A DNA stretch of 63,955 bases, filler included, from Reticulomyxa filosa (lineage: Eukaryota > Protista > Foraminifera), in NCBI GenBank assembly GCA_000512085.1. It is 20 parts of 20 records of this genome, joined end to end, with 100 filler letters (N's around TTAATTAATTAA, not from the genome) between each part and the next. Parts side by side here need not be neighbours in the genome. Positions count along the whole stretch, not along the records: positions 45,480 to 49,080 come from ASPP01013124.1; positions 49,181 to 56,256 come from ASPP01004756.1; positions 56,357 to 62,849 come from ASPP01011418.1; 17 more parts are not named here. One strand, given 5' to 3'. Position numbers and translations under genes: made by a program. The notes under the pieces are model-generated. The model had not been told where the DNA came from, made no database searches, and saw nothing but the letters and a program-made list of their open reading frames with translations. Below are positions 47,268 through 59,749 of the stretch, piece by piece. Each line of letters starts with the position of its first letter. Positions within the stretch are counted from its first letter, which is position 1.

Positions 47268-47933
47268 TTTTTTTTGTTTTGTTTTGTTTTTTCTTCCTTC
47301 TTTCTTCTATTTGAGCTTCTTCAGTTTTGTGACCTCAAGAAAATCTCGTTTCATGTTGTGGAAACATTTTGAAATGTGTTGGCCCAGTTGTGCGCATCAA
47401 ATAAACATCTGGTATCTATAGATTTTAACTCTATAATGACAAAAGGAGGAAAAATTTCGAAAGTTATCATTGACACTTTTGGAGTTCATTTGGCAAACTT
47501 ATAATTTCACTTTTTATGAAATAAAAACATACTTGTGTGATCATATGAAAAACAACCAACAAATCATTTTAGGTATGTTGAAATTTAAATTAAAAAAGTT
47601 ATTCTCAAGTTTGGTTCAGGTTCTTTAAGGATTTTCATTTAAATAAAATTCACAAATTATTTTATTTTAGTTTAAAGGATAAAAAAAAATGATAAAGTTT
47701 ATTTTTTTTTTGGAAGTGCAAAAAATTGAAATTCTTTGAAGAAATTGCATTATTGTGTTAATTTTTTTATTTTAATTGAAGATAACTTCAATACGTGAGC
47801 AATTCAATTTTTAAGATGACAGCAAAATATCTCGATATTTTGCTCAACAACTTATGGAAAAACTAAGACACAATGTTACAGTTTTTTAGTTACAACCAAT
47901 AAAGTTAGCCATTACTTGGTTGGACACAAATTA

Positions 47934-49080
47934 CTAATAAATGTGTTCCACTTTTGTGCCTTTTAATGCGCGCCACAATTCACTAACATGCTTTACCAAC
48001 ATTTTGACTCCTGCCCTTTCTTTGAATAATTCGTACTGCCATTGATCAAAATTCATTGTTTTCATCCAATTGCACAGCGACTCGGTTCTAATTTCAATAA
48101 TATTTTTTGTATCAGGTAAAAAAAGTGAACAAAAAAAAAAGATGAACTAACAGATTAATTTTGTCGGCGCGGTTCAACAACACAATCACTTGGCAAAGTA
48201 TTTGAACTGCATCTTGTTTATCTTGTGGATCACTGAAAATAGACTGAATACTCTCCCACTCATTAGAAGTGGACGAATGATTTTTGAGATCAGGATAACG
48301 ATTTTCGAGAGATTTTAAATAGCTTTCGGTGGTCAACTCATCAGCGTATTGGAACATTGGAATAGTTAAATCAATTATATGTCGACCTAAAATAGCCTTG
48401 TTATAAATTTCATCTTCAATGGATTGAAGATCAATTCTTTCATTACTGTCATCATCATAGTTATGTCCATATTCCAATGTAGGGCAATGCCATGTATTAA
48501 TAATTTTATTTACCATAGTATTGCTTACACAGACAATATCTCGATTGGAGATTTCGAACAGAGATTTGGAAACAATCGTTTGGTTTGATGAAACAGCGTT
48601 CTTTGTCTCGGTAGTGCTATCATTCTTCGTTCTTTGCTCTTTTCTCATTGGCGCCTTTCTGCAATAAGAATGAACACTCTGCAAAAAATTGTTGTTGATT
48701 TTTTGCAGTATTTCAATAATGTTTACGATCAGCCTTCCTGGAGTGCTTGTTTGCAAAACACAATAATCAAGATGTACATCTTTGGGATTTTGAGATAACT
48801 GTGAGACACCAGGAGTGTGATCATTAAACCTATTCCAACATTTGACGAGTTGCTGCCAAAATATTTTATATTTTGCATTATTACCATCGTTGATGATACT
48901 TGTTATTGTCTTGGTTTTGCACTCTTTCTTTGTGAATATTCCAGAGAATTGCAGGTGACAGTGCTTTGTCCATTGTCCAATACCAGTTAAGTATTTGACA
49001 TACTCAAGATTGTTAATTGATTTCAATGTGTGAAATAGCAATGGATATTGCTTTGGCAATTCTGGATTATTGTAAAATTT
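47934..49080 (-). CDS. RNF213 (mysterin)-like protein, C-terminal part (2 exons)
   Basis: YPLL......L..VKYL, LVKCWNRF, IIEILQKINNNFL, LEYG...IDLQSIEDEIYNKAILGRHIIDLTIPMFQY and VKHVSELWRAL follow in order the RNF213 C-terminal motifs (L..L..LHN; EEG......DLEKIQ.QI..RFLQGKP.L....P...Y; LKH...LW..L). Confidence 0.7.
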
Positions 49081-49180
49081 NNNNNNNNNNNNNNNNNNNN
49101 NNNNNNNNNNNNNNNNNNNNNNNNTTAATTAATTAANNNNNNNNNNNNNNNNNNNNNNNNNNNNNNNNNNNNNNNNNNNN

Positions 49181-49780
49181 TCTAGTTGAAATTCATTTCT
49201 CATTTTGTATCTTAATCCATTTCTTCAAACACTGTCATATGCTGCAGAGATGCCCAACAACACTGCATAAGTAACTGAATTGCAATCGAATGACTTGTGG
49301 ATTGTCTCAGTCAATCTCAATAACAATTCATCTTTGTTATGCCACGATTGGAATCCTGCTTGTGTTTGATGTAATAACTGTTTCTCATTCAACCACCACA
49401 TTAATCTCCTTGTGATTATTCTTCCCATCAATTTATCTACACTTGATAGCAATACAATTGGTCTATGATTCTTGCACTGGCTATGATCTCTATCAGGCTT
49501 ATGAATATGCATGATGTTTGCCTTTTTCCATTCAATTGGCATATATCCCATTCGGAAACTTCATCCAAATATGAATAACAATGAATTCTTAAGCATTTGA
49601 TTATTGATGTTATCAGGGCCTTGTACGGAGACAAATTTTCACCTCTTGTAATATCGCTTTAATGGATATAAAATGATCAAACATAATTATCATCCAATTT
49701 CAATGGTTTAGATATTGCAACATTGAATTTAATTTCATCTTCAACCAATACCAAAATTTCCAAATAACTCATTCAACATA
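49181..49780 (-). mobile_element. Non-LTR (LINE) reverse transcriptase fragment, inactive
   Basis: PIEWKKANIMHIHKPDRD..QCKNHRPIVLLSSVDKLM...QAGFQ...LLGISAAYDSV*: RT subdomains 0-3, with the catalytic D->G (LDISAAYD), W->stop and upstream frameshifts. Confidence 0.93.
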
Positions 49781-50684
49781 TTTCTAGATTACGTCTGTAA
49801 AGTGAATATATACAACCCCGTAACAACCTCACTAAGAATGATTGTGCTGACTATACCTTTATTCAGTAGGCAAGTTTTGCTGAACGGTTTTCTTGTCACC
49901 ACGATCAGTAAAAGACTCTTTCTTTTAACCGCGGTGCCTCAAAATTGTAGTAGATATTTGCCGAACCGACGACAATACCCACACTGCCCAGATAAATTGC
50001 AACAAATATGTTGCCAAAAGGGACAAAAAATTGAAGACACACTAATTACAATATCTCAAAAATTCAACTACTATAAAAATCTTTATATCACTATAAAAAA
50101 AAAATTTCACTAGTTGAAAATTCTTCGGATTTTGTTTCGCGATATCTGTTTGTTGAGAAACTTTCGGGTTTCTTCATTATCTTTCGATATCTTTCGAAAT
50201 ATCTAAATGCAATGATTTTGCTTTCGAGATCTTGCTAATCTTTCACAATGATTGTCAATGATTATATAGATTTTTTTTTTAATTGGAGTAATCACCAATG
50301 TTGTGATAATGAACACAGACAATTATGTCGAATTCTCGATGATAATTTCCACATATTGTCGAAAGTGATTTTCTCGCACAGCAATTTGCATTTGTTATTG
50401 TTCATTTATTCTTCTTTGCATTAATGTCGGAAATGTAATAATTTTTTGATAATTTCCTTTTTTGTTTTGTTTGTCACACAGCAATATTTTTTGACCGAAA
50501 TTTCACCAAGCGATAGATAAAAGCTTGTTCTAATGTTCTGAATTAGTTTGTGCTCTTAAATTTATTTTTTGTTTTTAATAGTTGAAATTAGTGGTCATTT
50601 TGGTATATTTTGATAGTACCAAACGATTCTCTTTCCAATTTGAAAAAACTATTTAACAGCCAGGTTTTTTTTAAGGTGCTTTGG

Positions 50685-50802
50685 AAAAAAAAGATATAAA
50701 GAAAAAGAAACCAAAAAGAAATAGTTTGTTCCAGGCGGTGCCCTTGGCGCCGCCTGGATTAAACTTTTTCTTTTCGCTTTTTTTTCTTTCCATCTTTTTT
50801 TT
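50685..50802. repeat. ~118-bp imperfect palindrome with GC-rich 12-bp core hairpin
   Basis: Core CCAGGCGGTGCC-CTT-GGCGCCGCCTGG (50731-50757); left arm AAAAAAAAGATATAAAGAAAAAGAAACCAAAAAGAAATAGTTTGTT vs reverse complement of right arm AAAAAAAAGATGGAAAGAAAAAAAGCGAAAAGAAAAAGTTTAAT. Confidence 0.85.
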
Positions 50803-51068
50803 AAGTTAGTATTTTAGTTAAAATAATATTTTGATTGTTGGAAGGTTTTTAATTTATGCTGCAATATTTTATTTTTTGTGATATAAAAATATATCTATTC
50901 AATTTGATGTCAATGGGACATATGTTACTTTTTCTTTATAAAAATTGTATATTTTACTTAAATTTTAAGTAACACAAATAATTTTAGAAAATCATAGCAA
51001 AATTAATGTGTAAAGTCCGTGTATTAGGTTTTTTTTGAAGAAAGGAAAAAGAAGGGACACACAAAATA

Positions 51069-51973
51069 ATGGGTAATAAGACCTCCAAAAACTTCCAAGA
51101 AAAACGAAGGAGAAAAGATTTTCCTCTAAAATTGCAAGATTGGTCAACAGGTTGGAAGTTGACAGAAGAACATAGGGCTGTTGTGGAAGAAATCTTTTCT
51201 CGTTACAACTTACACGACGTAATAGATGTTGTTTTTTCTTTGGTTGGACAAAGTGATAGCTTTAAAGTATTTTATCGTTTAATTCGTCCAGATCTGTGTG
51301 ATCTCAACAAAGATAATACTCTTTCAACATCATTTTATATATCTCCGGAATGGCTTAAGTAATATTATTGTATATACGCATATATGTATGTGTACAATGA
51401 TATTAATCAAAATAATATTGCTTTTTTGTAATTTATTTTTAAAAAATGAATATAAATGATTATACAATAACACTTCTGGGAGTTGTTGGTTCAGGTAGAT
51501 ATAGTCTAATAAATCAGGAAATGACAAATCAATTTATTGGATATGATCCTCTAACTGAATCGCTTTATCGAAAGAAAATTCAATTGAACAATGACAGCAA
51601 TTGTTTTATACTTTTTCAGAGGCAACATGGACAAGAAGAATTTACATTACTTCAAGAATTACAAATACGTGGTAGTGATTGTGTAGTTATTGTGTACGAA
51701 GTGAATAAACCATACAACGCAAAAGAACAAATCGATCGTTATTTGTCAATGGCTCGTCATATAAAAGGAGATATTACAGTCATAATTGCAGGTACAAAGG
51801 TAGATTTAAGAAACGAGTCTTTAGATTGCAAATCATATATTGATTCTATTATTGAATATTGTAAAGAGCGCAATTTGTGTTATATTGAAACTTCGTCTAA
51901 AGATAATATCAATATTAATTTTTTATTTCAATTTGCTATTTATAATTTTTGGTTTGATTCTTTTCAAGATTGA
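51069..51973 (+). CDS. Atypical Ras-family GTPase-like protein with N-terminal extension (2 segments: 51069-51358, ~51446-51973)
   Basis: LLGVVGSGRYSL (G1), YDPLTESLYRKKI (effector), HGQEEF (G3), AGTKVDL (G4), YIETSSK (G5); upstream MGNKTS ORF ends at a GTAATA donor. Confidence 0.8.
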
Positions 51974-52434
51974 GTCCATTTTTTTAAATTTGGAATAATA
52001 CAAACGAAAATGGACAATCAATTATGAATTGTGTAATAATTTTATTTTTTCAATATTCTTTGATTTGTTTTGGCATATCATCTCTCAAATGGAATGAAAA
52101 TAAAAAGTATCTATATTTAAAAAACTAAACAACAATGACAAAAATTAGCTCAATCAGGTATTTGACAAAACTCTTATTATTATTCAACAGGTAATCTCTG
52201 TGTATTGTTATATTAATTTGTTTGGCTTTTCCTATTTTAGGATTGAGCATTCAATTACAAACAACGAGAATGACAGATGTAATACCTTTGCATCATTTAT
52301 TACAATCGCTAGCAATATGTCATGAAATAATATCTGAAATATTGAGGGCAAGGTGTACGTGGTAGAATCTCTCTGCATATCCCAAAAATGACTTGGTTCA
52401 AATGTTTCAGTTGTTGCGATGATAGTATCTTTTG

Positions 52435-52460
52435 TCAACTTTACTTTGCATTCTACTGTA
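52435..52460 (-). mobile_element. Tc1-type terminus
   Basis: Reverse complement TACAGTAGAATGCAAAGTAAAGTTGA, same as 31906-31931. Confidence 0.7.
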
Positions 52461-53213
52461 GTACTGAGTTTCCTTCTACGAGTTGATTTTTTAACTTTGA
52501 TAAGATTTTAATTCTAGTTAAAAAATATATATTCTCTACACCTGATCTTGCCACTGAATTTGTTTCCTTGTTTATATCTCAATGCCTTGAATTCTGCGAA
52601 TAAGTTTTTTGCAACGAATAATGCTTTTTGCCATTTTTTGATTCTTCTCAAACTGCAGTTTCCTTTGTAATTTGTAAATATAATCAAATTCCTTAACTCT
52701 CTTTGATTTTGAGCCCTTTTTCGTAATCGACATATACTATCATTCTACCACAAACTTATCGGTAATTTCTAATGACAATTAGATTAATAGATTGTATCCA
52801 ATTATCAATGTTTATTTCAATCTCAACCTAAATTGTCCTATTTGTTATTCCTCATATTCCAAGCCTCAATATTTGTCGTCAATTTGTGGTTAACGTGATT
52901 GTTATATTATCTCAATTCCACATCATCTATCTCCAATTACTAATTAATTACAGAATTGGTGATTTGCATAATGTAGTATCGATGCTTGTTGATATTTTTA
53001 AAAAAATTATTATGTAGAAAAAATATAAACAATTATGCTAATTTATGAAAAAACTATTGTATTTGTGATTAGAATAGAATTCGTTAATATTATTTTAGAA
53101 TATTAATACTATAAATCATATGTCTAATTTCACGTTAGTATTTACAATTGTAGTTTCATCTCTTAATCATTACAGTTCCTATTTGATGTACTGCAAAATG
53201 GATTGTACTTCTA

Positions 53214-53341
53214 CAGTAGTTTGCAAAAAAAACCGTACAACTAAAAAAAAGTTTTACTTTAGCTCTTTTCAATAAAGATATACAAGTCAAATACTAAAAA
53301 AGCCACCTTTTTTTTTATGTAGGTTTTTTTTCAAACTACTT
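53214..53341. mobile_element. 128-bp Tc1/mariner-type MITE with TA flanks
   Basis: Left TA|CAGTAGTTTGCAAAAAAAACCGTACA; reverse complement of right end TA|AAGTAGTTTGAAAAAAAACCTACA; left end shares TACAGTAGTTTGCAAAA with 37745. Confidence 0.8.
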
Positions 53342-54279
53342 TAATTTCTGTCTTGGTGATGCGATTTTATCATCATTTTATTTATTGTTATTTGCTTCTT
53401 TTGAGTGTTATTATTTTATTCTTTCTTTATTAGATCTTTATCTTTTGTTTCAGCAATCATTGTTTAGATTTTGCACGTCAATTTCTTTTGATCATTATTG
53501 ACACATTTGAGCGTATTCAAAGAGATTACAATGACAAAAAAAAAGAGTTGTTATTCTTTCTTATCGTAAAGTTGCTGTTGATGCTATACATATCAAATGC
53601 AATTCATGAACTTTTCATAAATTACATGTGAACAAACGATCAAAGTTTATATATGTTTATTACCAAGTTTGTTGCTTGGAAATTTGTTCTCTGAGATAAA
53701 GTATAAAAAAAAGTGAACCCCACCTCCCAACTGATATTATAGTGCAAGTAAAACCGTCCAAGAAAAAGGAGCGTTCCATCACAAAAGTGCACGCAAAAGA
53801 AAAAAAGACTGACAGGTTTACATGACAAACAAAAGATCGAAAAAACAACAAAATTAACATCACATAAAGACAATAGTTTTTTTGTGTAGCGTACTATATA
53901 TAACAATGATAAAAAGGAAACAACAAAAAAACAAGAGCAAAAATAAAACAACCACACACATAAATTGAAACATGCAGAAGAAACTTACAAAGAAAAAAAA
54001 CGAAAAGAACCCGTCCTAAAAAAAAAGACAAAAAATTAAAATAGAATGCATGCAAACATTTATCCTAAAAAACCAAATTAGGACAACAAAACCAAAAAAA
54101 TTATAAACTATTGGTGCAAGAAAAAACACCCGAAAAACCATTTGCTATTTATTTTTGAATGAAATCTTTGTATGCTAAATTTTGTTTGTACATTTTCTTC
54201 ACCAAACCAATAACAAAAACAAACAAAAGAAAGAAATGGATTGTCTTTTTTTCGTTGTTTTTATTCATGGAAAAGACGA

Positions 54280-56195
54280 TCAACCTTGGTTGTCAATCGG
54301 TGTGATGGTTGAGGATTTAATTGGATTCGGTGCTGTTGTCAGTTTAACAATTGCGGACCATAGTAAGAATTGTGCTTGTGCGTCATTCTCACAAATTTCT
54401 TTCAGATCTTCCTTGGAGCGGATAACACTCAATGCATCTAAAACAGTGAAAACGCCAATGTTTTCAAATTTACTGAGATAACGCTCGCAATGTAATTTCT
54501 TTAGCCAATTTTCAAACTATAGATATAAGAGATATGTACATATGCATGTAACAAACAATAGCAATAAAAAACATGCATAAACTCTAAAAAGAAATATGTG
54601 TATTGTCTGACGTTATTACCGCAAGCATTTCGTCACGCAATTCGGAAGCCTTTTTAAGAAAAACCATACGATGAGGTCTTTTGAGAATTTTTACCTCGTC
54701 AATAAGCGTCTGTTCGTCAATATATGTGGCCATTCGAATGTCGCTGTAACCACAGCATTGAAAGTGCGGTAAATATTCTGGAAGTTTTACCGTGTCGCGC
54801 AGCCATTCTTCAAACTATGTATTGTCCACATACACATTCAAAAGCTTTGCGATTACAACACAGCCATCGTCAAAAGGACGAAAATGGACAACATTGTGCA
54901 ACATCAATTGGGTTGATGAAGTTTGCATATGTCAAAAAAATAGTAACTTTGACAGAGCACATAAGAATACGGGGTGTCATAGGGTGTCTATACGTTTATT
55001 GTTTCGTTTCGATCGGTGAAGATATTGAAAGGAAGAGAGAGAGAGAAGGAAAACAAAGACTGACCTCATGGATCGATAAACTCGGTACTCGACAGTAAAT
55101 TCTTCATAAGCAATCTGTAGTGCATTGGCTTTGAGCAAATCGGGTTGCATCGTTAAGGCTTTATTCCAAAGCATGGCAACCTGTTCTAGACGATTGGAGA
55201 TGGAAATGCTCTTTGCACAACGCAGGCAATCGGCATACCAAGCAATTGCAACGGCCGAGTTGGGATCTAGTTTCATGACCCTTTCCAAGTGCTGCAAAGC
55301 TGTTTTGGAGTCTCCGTACTCTCTGTGCAGTAAAATGCCGAGACATTTTAGAGCGAGTGTGTTGTTGTCATCGTAAGACAGAGCCATTTCATAGCACTGA
55401 CGTGCCAATGCCATATTTTTTTGAACGTGAAACACGCACCAGCCATAGCGAGCAAGCAACGAAGCAAAATCTTTTCGAGTCCCTGTGTTTTGAAGTGCAT
55501 TTTCGAGACAATCTTACACGCACACACATACATATATACTATATAAAACCAATGTACCTTGTACCTCGAGCACAAGTCATCAACGCAAAGCAGTTTTCCC
55601 AAGACCACAGCGCTTGAACGTACTCTCTTGCTATGAAACACAGCGTGCCGTAATGACGATACGCGGTGTGATCTTTTTCGTCGATGCGAATGGCTTCCAA
55701 GTAATGGAATCGCGCTTCTTCAAAGCGCTGCATTTCAAATAAACACAGTCCGTATTCAACGTGCGCCCCGTAATGATTCGGCCATATTTCCAACAGTCTG
55801 GTCAAATTGCTTTCACTTTTCTTTAGCTCTTTATTCTTTCGCAAACATCTGGCATAGCATAGCAGACATAATAGATAGCGCTTTTCGACTTCGTCGATTG
55901 TCGCATTGCCATTGTTCGGACGTGTCATATCTACTGACGCATTATTCACGTTGTTGCCGCTGTCTCTGCCGTTCAACAGCGCTGTCCCGTCATTGTCATT
56001 GGATGCTTTTTCTTGACTGTCGCGTGCTTTTCTTTCTTCTTCTTCTTCTTCTTCCTCTTTCAAGTTTAAGTACTCCTTTTCGCGATGTTCTATGGCGTAG
56101 CCATAATGTTGAACCGCTTGAGCGTATGCTTCACATTGTTCCAATGCGAACGCGTAATTGTAATTGATTTCGTCGCGATTAGTTAGCGGAATGCC
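54280..56195 (-). CDS. TPR-repeat protein with two C-terminal SAM-like domains, 5' partial, multi-exon
   Basis: TPRs (AHVEYGLCLFEMQRFEEARFHYLEAIRID; ARQCYEMALSYD); exons outside the ORF track give FEEWLRDTVKLPEYLPHFQCCGYSDIRM...IDEVKILKRPHRMVFL and FENWLKKLHCERYLSKFENIGVFT...DNQG*. Confidence 0.8.
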
Positions 56196-56356
56196 TATAT
56201 ATGCATGTATATAAACACAAGCCAAGTCTGTTTATGAGATACATATAAATATGTATNNNNNNNNNNNNNNNNNNNNNNNNNNNNNNNNNNNNNNNNNNNN
56301 TTAATTAATTAANNNNNNNNNNNNNNNNNNNNNNNNNNNNNNNNNNNNNNNNNNNN

Positions 56357-57298
56357 ACGCAGAGAAGAAGAAGAAGAGGAGGAGGAGGACAAATAACAGT
56401 TCATTGGACGAAACATTGACATCCAGGGAGCGCTTTTTCTGAAGTAAAAAGTGTCCGAAAATGCATTGGTTAATATCATCGACGCTATGTATTTGGGGTA
56501 CTTTTCTGCAAAACATAGTGCCAAATATCCACCCAAACTGCAGCCCAACACATGGATTGGCTGTTTTTGCATAGACACATACACATATAGACATACTATA
56601 TATATATATATATATATACATATACATTTACATATACATATATGCATATATGTATAGTAAATAATATCATTGTCATTTTGATCATAATTTATTTAAATTT
56701 AATTTGATTTTATTATTGTCATTATTATTGGTGTTGTCAATATTGTTACACACAGACATGCATACAGTCATCTCTTTGTTTGGTTATTCCACGTTATGTT
56801 TGCAAAAGTAATGCTTTAAAAAAACTTGCCTCAGAAATGTTCAACTGTGTCAATAGATCTTTAAACGCGTTGGTGAATTCGCTTGCTGTCATCACTGGAC
56901 ACAATGTCAATGTCAATATACGGTACCCACGGAGGTTCAATGACACACACTGTTGGAAAAATATTTCGGCGGTGCCACTTGTTCCAGGGATACATATTAA
57001 TGGAGCCTTTGCTGATGGTCCTGTGTCATAGTAATACCATTTTTCGTCTCTTTCTGTTGTTACCTTTTTTTTTTTTTAAGACAATTTTTTTTAAAAAAAG
57101 GACGTTACACTTTTTAAGTTTTTTTGTTTCTGTTGTCTTCCTAACTGTATTTTTGGGATACTTTTTCAGAAACAGTTTGAAATTTTCTGATTTATCATAT
57201 GGGATTCCATCTTGCTCTGCTCGTAGAGAAAGATTTAAATGGGGATTGATGGTCGTGTTGACCACTGATTTAACAGAAGACGTTAGACTACTCAACAT
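56357..57298 (-). CDS. SPG21: Maspardin (alpha/beta hydrolase fold), 5' part, 3 exons
   Basis: YDTGP...PLICIPGTSGTAEIFFQQ...GYRIL...EF..AF..LL..L; IHVLGCSLGGYLA..FAE...SMILTNAFSDT matches maspardin (YDAGP...PL...P..SGTADVFF.Q; HLFGASLGGFLA; SLILCNSF.DT). Confidence 0.9.
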
Positions 57299-57627
57299 TG
57301 ATTAGCAAAGATAATGATTATGTTTTTTTTATATGCAGGCGTTGTCTCAGAACCTTAGACAAACGAGCTAAAGTTTACAAATCAAATTTTTAAAGACAAA
57401 TAAATAAGTTGCAAAAATTTCTTTTATTGTGAGATATTTGCTCTTGTGCACTTGTTTACTTCAATAATTACTTTACTCTCACAATATATCAAATAATTTA
57501 AAACGATCAGAGCTCCATCAAAAGGCCATACAAATTAAAGTATAATTTACAATAGCATTTCATAAGTTGGGCACACCAAAATGATGACGAACTCTACAAA
57601 AAGGTCGAAAAATCGAGGATACAGATA

Positions 57628-59084
57628 ATGGGTGGTTGGTGTTCAACTGACAATCAGGAAAATGCATTTGCACGTCGAAGAAATTGGGATGAGTTGCCAT
57701 TGCATCCACAAAAGCGAGTGGAGTTGGAAGAAGAATATACCCCAACAACTACACGACCTTTGAAAGACGAAGAAATGCAGCAGTTGGTGCAGTTGTACGT
57801 CCACGCCTTACGATCACAGTCGTCTTTGTCTCATAACTTGCCATTGTTACAATTTCAGCATTCTTCTTCACTGGCATGTTCATTTTGTTATTTTATTATT
57901 TATGTTTTGTCTATAGGGAGATATTTATATCAACAATTTTTTTTTTTTTTTTGGAAAAAAAAGGGTCATGTAGATTTGCACGTTCCAAAAAAGCAAGTTC
58001 AATTCCAAGTGGCACAAAGTAAATCCGCACCAGCGTCTCCTATTCCAAGACAGCCGATGTCATTAGAAGAAAATGAAAGTGATATTGAAGAGTTATATAA
58101 TCCAAAGACAGACAAGAGAAATAATGACAAGAAGGCAGCGGACAATCTCCTAGGCGACGCCTATGTAATGGAACGCGAAAGCACGCCCGGAGGGGACGTA
58201 CAGCTCGAGAAGGCAGAATCCAATGGAGATGTTTTGCTAGTCAGTGGAAATGCAGGACAAGCTCGCGATACTCCGGAAGGGTTTGAAAATGAAACTGGAC
58301 GCGATGATCATTCGGGGTTGATCCCTCCACAAGAGGATGCCAACGGAGGCGTGACTGTCACTTCGGCAACAGAAGATAATGTGGTGGTATCATCATCACT
58401 GAATGAGACTGCTGGTGCCATCAATACTGTTGTTACTGTTATCGATGATGATGATACGTCAAACCAAAAGAAAGAAACTGAGACTGTAAAGGAACAACAA
58501 CAATTTGGTCAAGTTCAACAAGAACTAGCCCAAGAGCTGCAAGCTGTTGATCAAAACAAACGATTAAGTATCCACGAACAAAATGTTCAAAAAAATATTT
58601 TGCGACAAAAATCGATGTGGAAATGGAGCCAGGACCAAATAGACGAAGCTGAAGATGATATGCGCTATCAATTGATCATGCTACAAACTATGGGTAAAAT
58701 AAGCTTTGTGTTACGTGTAGTGTACGTTGTATAACAATAAATGTACGTTTTTTTTTTTGCAAATATGCATGTGTGTGAAAGGGTCTAATGCAAATGAGAC
58801 CAAAATTGATTGAAAGAATGGTTGTTTTTATTGTTGTCGAATAAGGTTCTGACAATCCGGCCAATCATAGTAACACCTATTTAGACCAGCTCATGGTACA
58901 ACGGCAAAGAGAGATGTCGAGATTGGAAAAAGAAGGTATCAAAGTTGCCGGAAGTAGCCGCGTCCATGCTGTTCGCTTTGATGATGATCTGAGAACAGAC
59001 AAGATTCGAGACACTCGTGGAATGTCAAACATGATCAAAGAAGACGATGAAGCTGAAGATTTTGAGTCGAGTGATGAATTTTGA
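57628..59084 (+). CDS. Hypothetical acidic protein with predicted N-terminal dual acylation, 3 exons
   Basis: MGGWCS start; probable in-frame intron ~57787-57963; intron ~58694-58845; last exon ends ESSDEF*. Confidence 0.65.
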
Positions 59085-59749
59085 GCCAAGTGATACTATT
59101 GATCTTTTTTGTTTGTTAATTCTTTAATTTTGTCATTTCTTCTATATTACCGTACGAGGGGGGCAGGGAAGGCCCATTATATTTTTTTTCTTACAGCAAT
59201 AACAGAAAAATATTGTGAATAGCTTTTCAAAGTGTTTTTTCAGATTTTTGTTCCATGTTGTGTATTTGCTTTCGGACTCTTCTTCATTTTGATGAATTCA
59301 AAAAATAAATCAAGCATGAAAATGTTTCAAGTCTATCACTGACTACTCCAAAAATACGGAATCACTCACAAATTCGAAGAGGAGTCGAACACAAAAAACT
59401 TCAAAAACTGAACTGTTGCAACTTTGATCATCAAAACAACCCAATTTACCAGCTATAAGGAATGCAAACTCTTTAACACAAACCTTTTCCGGGCACCCAC
59501 AAAAAAAAAAAAAGATAAAAAAGAAAAAATAGGATACACAAAACTGGAAAAAAGAGAAAAAAGCAAATCTACTATAAAAAATCACATACAAAAGAAACAA
59601 GAAGGATCACCTCTTCTGTCTTAACAAGGAATAAAAAAGGAAAAAATACATTCACTCACACACATAGTTTTTGTGAGATTTATGGTTGAGTTTTTACATC
59701 TTCTCAATTTTTCATGAAGAGGTAACCTCTACGCATTAAAATGTAGGGG

